From the NCBI GenBank assembly GCA_032718475.1, contig JAUCBJ010001989.1:4761-68760 (forward strand): a stretch of 64,000 bases of DNA. The letters run 5' to 3'. The stretch comes from Nemertoderma westbladi. Its lineage: Eukaryota > Animalia > Xenacoelomorpha. The notes beneath the pieces were generated by a model. It searched no databases and was not told where the DNA came from. It saw only the letters and a list, made by a program, of their open reading frames with translations. This document shows, one piece after another, positions 55,901-64,000 of this stretch (its first letter is position 1; the number at the start of each line of letters is the position of its first letter). The position numbers were made by a program, and so were the translations under genes.

Positions 55901-58473
55901 TTCTGGTTTGATCTATCAATTGCAGTCAAAATAACTGCATTGGTAGACAACAATGGATTACATTCGTTATCATAATGTTGCTTTATTGCATATATAGCTG
56001 TATTATATGAATTAGTAATTTCAGCATTTATAGCAGCTAAAAATTCACGCTCATTTGATGCAATTTCATCTCTACCTTCATTTGTAAGCAATATTAATTG
56101 GAATTCTTCATTTGTTACACACATATCAATCATAACCGTATTGCTTTCTGAAGTTCCAATATCTGTAGCTTTGGCTTCACATTGGAAGCAATCGCCTTTT
56201 AGTGTTGTAATATAATCTGAGGTTCGCAATATGCCAGATGTTTTTTCAATAGCAAATAATGAACATTCAGTTGAGCTTTGTAGACTATATTCTGTTTTTC
56301 CATTGCCAACTTTATCAACATCACTTGTAGTTAGTGCTGCTATAAAACTATGTGGAGGTAAACAAGCATCAAAAATAAATTGATAAAGGCCTTCAAATTG
56401 TGGTGGATTATCATTTGTATCCAGAATGTTAATGTCAATAATAGCTATAGATATGCATAATTCACCAATTAGATTTATTTTAATTGTATGCCTATTCTTA
56501 ATTTCATAATCAGAACCTTTTATATCAATAGCTTTATTGCGAACTACAAAGTTATCAAAATCATTTCCACCATCAACTTTTTCAATTGTAATACTTTGCA
56601 AAGAAGCCAAGTTATCAAAATCATGCACTTCAACAAATTGTGTGTTTTCAGTTACTTCTGCAGTTTCATATAACCCATGGCACCAGTCTGGAAGTGGAGA
56701 TGCACACAGAGTGGCGCATTTTGCTGCATCATGATGGTCGATGTAATTCAAACCATTATCAAGGAGTTCTTTAGTTGTATCAGTCAGATCACTGCTTAGT
56801 ATTGTATATATCTGTTTGGAGGACATCAGTACATACTTATCACTGGAAGTAAAATCACCTAAACGTACTGCAGTAAATTCAACAGTGGTTTCACCAGCTT
56901 TGGGGTTACAACTTTGGTCATAACGTAAAGCTACATTTGTAATCATAATGTTGCGAAATGATTCTAAACTTAATGTACGCGAAAGTATTTGTTTTACTTC
57001 AGATATCGAATTTTCAACATCTTTTAGTGGATTATTGAAATGCACACCAGCCACATTTGCATCAGTGTAAATACAAAGATTAGCATTTGTATTTTTTGTG
57101 TGACCATTGGCATCCACAACCTGTGGTGAGCATAATTTGCATATACCAATGTCAGTTGAATCAGCCTCACTATCCATACGAACCATACCTGTACTCCCAT
57201 GCACAGAAAATGGTAAACAATTTGGTAAACTGTAAGTAAGAGTATCTTTAGGATCAACATCTTGGGCAACAAGTTTAACAACATCAGTTCCCAATTTATC
57301 ACATTTATTAGCAACACCAAAAAATGTATTCTCAGTAAACCGAGGAAATTCATCGTTTATATTTGTCACCATTACAGTCACTGTAGCAAAACGTATACAA
57401 TGCTGTAACAACACTTTAACACTAAGAACGTATTGAATTTCACCTGTATCAAAGTCAAGTGGAGAAAGTGTTACAATTTTATTTGGACTTTCTACACCAA
57501 ATAAACCTTGTATGTCCCCTTTAACAATTTCAATTTCAGTTACACCTTCTATATTTATAATTCCAACTTCAGAATCAGCACTATTTTCTACTACATTGAA
57601 TGTTTCATAAATAGCATCTGAAAAGATACATGATAACATTGGAGTTGTAGTAGGGCACTGTACTGGCTCAGCTGTTGTCATTATTTCATAATAATTTATA
57701 TTTATATTCACTGACCCATAACTGTTGCAGTTGTTGTTGGTGAATTTAAGTTGCAAATAAAACTCTTTAGTATCATAGTAGTCAAGTTCTTTGTTCAAAA
57801 ATATTATATAGTCCTCTACAGCAAAATAATTGCTCTTTGGATCTGGGTTTATGAGAAAAACTGAAGGCAGTTTTCCTTGAAAGACTGTTGATATGTCCAA
57901 TAATGATGTTGCTGGAACTGTGTTGTCTGGAATAGATAATTCAGCATGGAGTGAAGGAATATCACAGCATGGCCTAGGAAGTTTTGTTGCACAAGGAGTT
58001 GGAGTAGGTGTGGTTGCAGTAATAGGACATGAAGTTGCTCTATATGTAGTTGGACAAGATACTGGCGCATGTGTTGTTGATATCATTATTTGACATGCAA
58101 TGTTGATCAGCAGAGATCCATGCTGAAGGCAATTTCCTTTTTCAAATGAGAGTTGAAGATAAATTTCATTAACATTATGGCAATTAAGATCTCTTACAAG
58201 AACCAGTCTATTGAAATCTATTTCAAAGAAGTCGTTTTTAGGATCTCCATTACCTATATTTATAGTTACATCAGATTCCGATATATAGTCACCAAAATCC
58301 AAGATTGTAGATAGCGCATAACTGTCAGGCACATTCAGTTCAGAGTTCAGTGTAGTCATGCTGCAACAGTTGGGTGGTTGGGAGGTTGGGCATGGTGTAG
58401 GTCCAATCACGGTCTCTGGTGCTGTGATGCTCACTACCAAATACCCACTTCTTATTGGGTCAACAGTCTCTGC
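40932..58473 (-). CDS. Giant cadherin-like gene, exon 4: 17,542-bp exon with ~35 Thr/Pro/Cys plus degenerate-cadherin units and four cadherin-cadherin-MAD modules
   Basis: Uninterrupted frame; acceptor aattttag|GCA (phase 0), donor CAT G|gtaagt (phase 1); cadherin motifs VVEN, LDFD, NINDEFPRF, AQDVD, DYE, DTNDNPPQF. Confidence 0.95.
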
Positions 58474-58579
58474 CTAAAATTAATTGGCATGAATTATTTC
58501 CGTAAATCACATTAATAGGATATTAGGTAATTAAAGATTGCACTCGACATACTGACTAACAGGGGGCTATTGTATATAT

Positions 58580-58709
58580 ATATAAAATAAACAGGTAAAA
58601 CCTAGTCTTAAACGTGATTGTTAATATGAGCGTTAATGTCCTGATACTATGTTTTTTGTTGGTTGGTGGGGTTTAAAAGACTCTAGGTTTTACCTGTTTA
58701 TTTGATATA
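58580..58709. mobile_element. Short MITE-like inverted-repeat element
   Basis: AAATAAACAGGTAAAACCTAG..CTAGGTTTTACCTGTTTATTT; internal CTATGTTTTTTGTT..AAGACTCTAGG also occurs at ~29510-29550. Confidence 0.65.
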
Positions 58710-60003
58710 AGGATATTAGGTGAAATATTACTATACACATTTTAATGGAGTATCGAGTACATAATGGCTATAAAATATATTACTGTATTATAATCTAAAT
58801 AGTAGCACTTCATTCATTCATTACTTCAGAGTATATTTCTTAGTAAAATCCTCCAATCAGCAATCAGAAAGCAGCATAGCCACACTGTAAGCTTTGAGAA
58901 TAAGGCACATTAATTAGGTATTGTGAAGTTGCATTACAACTGTATGGTTGACTTTTCAATAGGTACCGGTATGTTATGATAATATGGTATGTTATGTTAA
59001 TATTCTAATAGAATATTTTTTTGTTGTATCTTTTACTTTCAATACTGTATACGAATAATACTACTAGCTATCATAATAACTATTTATATTTCGTTATTCA
59101 CTGAATTAGAAATAAATTTTGAGTCAATTAATATAATTATTACATCGCCCATGTGAAGAATTTGTGTTTTCACTTTTATTGTTTTTGGTTAGATGCAGCC
59201 CTTCTGAAACCAGTGGTTTTATTGAAAACCTGGTATTCTTCACATGTGGGTAAACTGCAAATTAAAAAATATAACAGCAGACATTCTGGTATACTTCTAT
59301 GGTGGCACTGAAGGGCCAACAATGAATGTTCCGTGCGCCACGACTTGTTACATGAAACAACTCGACAGAAACTACTCGTCTCGGAAATTTGAGATAGTAT
59401 TAACTTTAGAATAAATATATATATTGCTACAAATTTGCAATACCATATTTGGATACTCTGAACAGTTCCGATGCTGTAATGGTAGTGTATCGGTAAAGAC
59501 CATATCAGTGGCTGCCTACACCAAACCGAATCATACCTCTGCATTGGTATCATAGTTCTGAGAAGAATACAAGCAACTATTAAATTGTTTCAACATATCA
59601 CACATACAACTAAAGTATTACGTCCGAGCGTTCTGGTAATGGACAGTAGGGTGGTGAATTTTTTTAATTTTTTTTTTCGATTTCATTGTTCTACCGGTGT
59701 TTGAAAAGTAGTTACAAGAAATAAAGTACCATTTAGCTACCTACAGTACTGTATAGTGTTGAATTGAATTGAATTGAGTTTTCGTATGTGATCACACGTT
59801 GGCAACGTTGGTTATGTGAAAAAGTTGCCAAATGGTAAAAAAATATATTTCTCTCAATTTCAACTATACTTCGGATCATCCCAAGGAGGTTAAAATTTTG
59901 AGCATTCGTGTTGCACCACGATGAAAGTTATAACAATGTAACACATTGATGAAAGATCAATGACTCAGGAAAGAAGATCCTGCATGCATCAAATGTCATC
60001 CAA

Positions 60004-60230
60004 TGTATGGGGTGCCATGGGCTTCGAAAAATATGAAAATGTCGGCGACTGGTTTAGATTTCGGCTTCGATTTCGGCTTAGATATTTAAGCCAACCTCTA
60101 AGCCGAAATCTAGGCCGAAATCTAGGCCGAAATCTAAGCCGAAATCTAGGCCGAAATCTAAACCAGTCGCCGAGAATCTAAACCATTCGCCGACATTTTA
60201 ATATTTTTGAAGCGAATGGCGGCCCATACA
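60004..60230. mobile_element. Nested MITE with internal 12-bp tandem repeats
   Basis: TIRs TGTATGGG..ATGTCGGCGA..GGTTTAGATT and AATCTAAACC..TCGCCGACAT..CCCATACA; (RGCCGAAATCTA)n in both orientations. Confidence 0.8.
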
Positions 60231-60405
60231 AATGGGTCCACAGTTTGTTAGATACAAACATTTTCATTTTGAGATCATGGGAACTAGTGCCACAGGCACA
60301 AGGCCAGAACCTGCCCCTGGTGCTGCAAGTGACTCACATTCTCCATTTTTGTGATCGACTACTTCTCGTTCTCCTACTGCATTGATATTATGCTTATTTG
60401 AACCA

Positions 60406-60561
60406 CAATGATCAATTTAGTGGGGTTAGACGCATTCAAATTATATAGTAGTGATTAGTTCTCTAGTTTTTGTACAAAATGTCTGGAATGGGTGTACAAA
60501 AATTCAAGAACTAATCACTCTACTCTTGTTTTGAAGGTGTCTACACCCACATTGAGCATTG
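60406..60561. repeat. Degenerate ~155-bp palindrome
   Basis: AGTGATTAGTTCT..TTTTTGTACA and TGTACAAAAA..AGAACTAATCACT, with matching outer arms. Confidence 0.7.
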
Positions 60562-60861
60562 CTGAGTGTGTCTATTCTTTATTCCTTGAGATAATTCGAA
60601 TTCAAATTTGGCACACCAGTAGAACAATGATATTGAAAAAATAAAAGATGCACCACCCTAGAGACTAGGACTAGGACAGAATACATTAAGAATACTATTA
60701 CTATCATGCTGTTAAATTAAATATGCCTTATACCAACAATGAATTAACTTTATTTCACAGCGCATTGAATGCCCACTTGAAAATAAATTATTATTATGTT
60801 ATTTATGTACATTCTAGTAGATATTCCTACAGAAGCTTTTCTTCAACTTTGTTCAACACAC

Positions 60862-60959
60862 CTTTACAGTTAGAGCAACATCATTGATTAAGACCTCATT
60901 GATAGTTATTTCTCCGCTGTTTTCTTGAATTTCGATTCCTGTTGTATCAGTTGGAAATA
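60862..60959 (-). CDS. Giant cadherin-like gene, exon 3
   Basis: tgtttcag|..|gtgtgt, phase 1 to 0; FPTDTTGIEIQENSGEITINEVLINDVALTVK joins AETVDP of exon 4. Confidence 0.85.
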
Positions 60960-61189
60960 CTGAAACAATTTAATAAATAAATATATACATATAATACACA
61001 TTTTATAGAATCAAATATGCTTGCTACTCATGAACTCTTCAAAACTATTATTGCCCTAATATCCAATATTTATTACACTGCATACTGCAAATAAGGCACA
61101 AAATCTATACATTTGAAATTCGATCACATCCATTCACTCAAATTGGATTCACCCACATGAAAAATGGATTATTTGTGCGGTCCACTTAC

Positions 61190-61332
61190 CTGAAGCAATA
61201 GAATATTTGACTCCACTACCATTAGCTTTGATTTCCGTAACCGTATCACCAGTTGTTAAACTTGTGTACTTGTCAACGTTTATGGGAACTTGCGACGACT
61301 CATCATATATTGCTACATAGCTTATGGAGCAC
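61190..61332 (-). CDS. Giant cadherin-like gene, exon 2
   Basis: tatttcag|..|gtaagt, phase 2 to 1; CSISYVAIYDE..GDTVTEIKANGSGVKYSIAS. Confidence 0.88.
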
Positions 61333-61442
61333 CTGAAATATTAAAAGTTATCAATTATAGCACGTATAATATGCTATCAGATCAGTTCCTGACATCTATA
61401 GATAAGTTATGTTATATAGTGCTTAAGTATAATTAGAACATT

Positions 61443-61692
61443 AATAATAATAGTTATTATTATTATTTATATAGCGCTTTTCTACACTCTTCAGACTCAA
61501 AGCGCTTTTATTATTTACCCCAGCAAAGCCAGGTTCCCATTATACCGCCGGGTTGGCGTAAGCACTAATGTCTAAGGGGCTCTTGACTAGGGACACAGCA
61601 GTGCGAAAATTCTACAGCTTTTAGTCGGATTCGAACCTGCACCACCAAACACTTTTGTGTAAGCAGTTCAGGCGCCATATCCACTCGGACAA
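61443..61692 (-). mobile_element. tRNA-derived SINE with L2-like tail
   Basis: Minus strand: GTCCGAGTGG (A box), GGTTCGAATCC (B box), TGTGTCCCTAGTCAAG core-like motif, tail AAGCGCTTTGAG..AAAAGCGCTATATAAA(TAA)n. Confidence 0.82.
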
Positions 61693-61711
61693 TACACATT
61701 GCAGCACATAC

Positions 61712-61818
61712 CGTAATAAACCACTTGGACATGTTCCAAACTGGAGCGTCAATGTTTCATCCCCTGGTTCTTGAATGTTAATCGTAACTGATGTTGTAGC
61801 AGTGTTACCAAAGGAATC
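61712..61818 (-). CDS. Giant cadherin-like gene, first exon visible in the window (an internal exon; gene continues upstream)
   Basis: gaaaacag|..|gtatgt, phase 0 to 2; DSFGNTATTSVTINIQEPGDETLTLQFGTCPSGLL resembles the last strands of a cadherin domain. Confidence 0.82.
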
Positions 61819-62084
61819 CTGTTTTCATAAGATGATAAATAGTAATTAGAAATGTATGAAAAGGATGAAACTATGGTGTCTACTGGAACTATATGGTACC
61901 GCAATGGTATGCATGCCTCATTATTAGCATGATAATTCTTGTGAGAATGGTGAACCACCACGTATCTTCACTTCATCCAGCATAGAACAAAATCATACAC
62001 ATTCTGATAGTTATATGATAGCAGTAGTGGCTGGCAATTCTAATGCTCCATGCCTGGCCATGTACTTTGTTTTGACGACATGAT

Positions 62085-63400
62085 ATTATATATATAAATA
62101 TTTATTATTGACAAACCATTTACAATATTAAACATAAAACAGTGCATCATAAACCTAGTTGATTGTCCAAAAATACATTACACAAAGAAAGTCTCACAAA
62201 AGTATTCCTAACTACTTTATTCTAACACCCTTCTCTTTACAATGATACAATTTCTAATAAAAATTACCAGCAAAAGCATACTGTTAGACAAATAATCTTG
62301 ATCTCAATGAGCTAAAATTAACCATTTTCACATACTAAGTGCTTACTAAATGACAAAAAGTACTTAACCGACCTAAGTAGCAAAATACTATAACTTTTTA
62401 TTCTAACCAACAAAATCAGATTTACAAACATTATATTATAAGTTCAACCAAAATTAGAAAAACAATAAACAATTACATGTCTATCTCGAACCTAGACAGA
62501 ATCTCGAATATAGCCCTTGTCTGTATACTAAATTCGCAAACTTCCATAAAAGCCCGCAAAGAAGAGAAATCCAACGGACTCAGATGTTGCTATATGGTTT
62601 CTAATACTGTCGAGTGTGGACCCAACTGAGTCATGTTGGCCCAATAATAATTTTTCACATGCACGACCCATAGGGGTTTGATACAATATGTACAAGTTGT
62701 GTGCAGCAAATATTTGCGGCTTGTGCAGTAACTCATCCTCCAATATCTTGTTTAAGTAATCTGATGCTTTAGAATTTAATTCTTCAGTGGGGGTATGTTA
62801 GACTCTATAAATAAGTTATCGTGGTAAACAGTTTTTTCTGCCCTAATTGATGCGCATAACATTTCGGTATATAGCTTACAAATTGGAGAAGTGTCTCCTC
62901 CAATAAACGACTCAGATCCATAGAAAATCGCAGAAATAATCCCAGCTCGAAATACCATTAATTTCATCCATAGTGTGCTACTATAGTGTTGAGCAATGAA
63001 TGACAAAAATTTAGACATGTGTTTCTCTTTGTCTGCTGCATGTGCCACTATAGCACCTTCCACACCCCCTTTTTGAACTACAGGTGATCCTAAATAAATA
63101 TATTTAGAGCAGTTTTTAATAATTACTGGGCTAGTGGCATATTTTGGGAACAGAACAAATATAGCTTCAAAGTCAGAGGGTGAAGATGAGCCGAACACCA
63201 TAAACTTAGTTTTAGACGTGTTTCAGATCATGCCGCATTGAGCCCAAAATTTTAAGACAATTTTTTTTACTTCTGAGATTAGAAAATGCCTTGTTTGCTT
63301 TGTTAGCATTGTATCCTTTGCCATGAAGTGTGCAGCATCGTGGTGTATGTACCATCAAAGCAACTAACTGGTGTCTTCACAGTGAGAGCCCAACAGATAG
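62085..63400 (-). mobile_element. Degraded LINE, 3' portion
   Basis: KYIYLGS..MKLMVFRAGIISAIFYGSESF is typical post-RT sequence; AATAAA and a (TA)n tail near 62090-62108; boundaries approximate. Confidence 0.6.
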
Positions 63401-64000
63401 CAGCACACATTCTACAACTGCGCTGCCTGAATTATATTTACCTTTCGAGAAGGTGTGATTCCTTCTGATTTCCACAAGTCTGATAATTTATTTAATGCAG
63501 AACGTAATGCAGCTTTTCCATTCCTTTAGCATTTAGAGGTCTTCAGGATATCTCCAAAAGCAAGATCCTAGGAAGACTTTCCACACGAATAAACACAATG
63601 ATACCCAATGACCTGCTGGATGAATTCATCTGTACAGTCAGAGTTTTCCACATCTAAATCAATATTTTGGTTGTTGTATCGTAGAATTGACAAACAATGA
63701 TGCACAAAAGTACCAGAATGGGTTTCAGGGTACTACTACGTTTTCGAAACCAATTGGTTGCCATATTGGAGCCATTCAACAAAGAGAAATTGTCAGCCAG
63801 GGACATAATTCATATACTTCTTCTGACATCAGATATGTCCGATCTGTGACTTATGGCCATAGTAACTAACCTCAGCTATAACGTTCACGATTCTCTGATC
63901 TGGTGAAGAGAACACATCTTTGGTGCGAATAATTCCCAAACTGAAAAACAAGGAATGGAATTACTACATAGGTACAATCAACCTGTAGTTACAGTGCCTA

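Larger units (their letters stand above)
59649..60658. mobile_element. ~1-kb non-autonomous DNA transposon hosting nested palindromic elements
   Basis: TA|GGGTGGTG..TCATTGTTCTACCGGTGT versus ACACCAGTAGAACAATGA..CACCACCC|TA; imperfect TIRs of ~50 bp. Confidence 0.7.

Noticed and set aside
41387-58093. Recurring + strand (SNNDIDGD..GVGVG) and off-frame minus-strand ORFs
   Set aside because: Antisense or out-of-frame shadows of the repetitive coding exon
40888-58440. 5850-aa ORF as a complete single-exon gene
   Set aside because: It starts at TTG inside an exon whose acceptor is at 58473, and the tail GKLFSNLMKNKLHY* is read-through of the donor at 40931
59176-59553. 125-aa minus-strand ORF as an extra exon
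   Set aside because: No recognisable motif; exons 3 and 4 join directly in phase 0
61625-61692. Functional tRNA gene (also 28697-28763)
   Set aside because: A and B boxes are present but there is no proper cloverleaf; this copy continues into a SINE body and tail
22149-61818. Assigning a gene symbol (CDH23, PCDH15, FAT, MUC) or a species
   Set aside because: Only domain-level resemblance is visible; the overall architecture matches none of these and orthology cannot be judged without searches

Overview
AT-rich, intron-containing eukaryotic DNA, most likely an invertebrate animal. 1-21014 is a 40-bp satellite array interrupted by one 315-bp fold-back insertion. The rest (~22150-61820, minus strand) is one giant cadherin-superfamily gene. 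I reconstructed it by hand as 20 GT-AG exons with consistent splice phases (20,939 coding nt, ~6,980 aa); it is open at the 5' end and unresolved at the 3' end. One exon is 17,542 bp. The protein has about 35 copies of a ~133-aa unit (Thr/Pro/Cys mucin-like linker plus a degenerate, Cys-rich cadherin-like domain) and seven [cadherin-cadherin-MAD/SEA-like] modules. No signal peptide or transmembrane segment is visible in the window. Introns hold RTE-like and CR1/L2-like LINE fragments, tRNA-derived SINEs, MITEs and other DNA-transposon relics, a solo-LTR-like element and a 29-bp minisatellite. All domain and family calls come from motif recognition by eye, not database searches.
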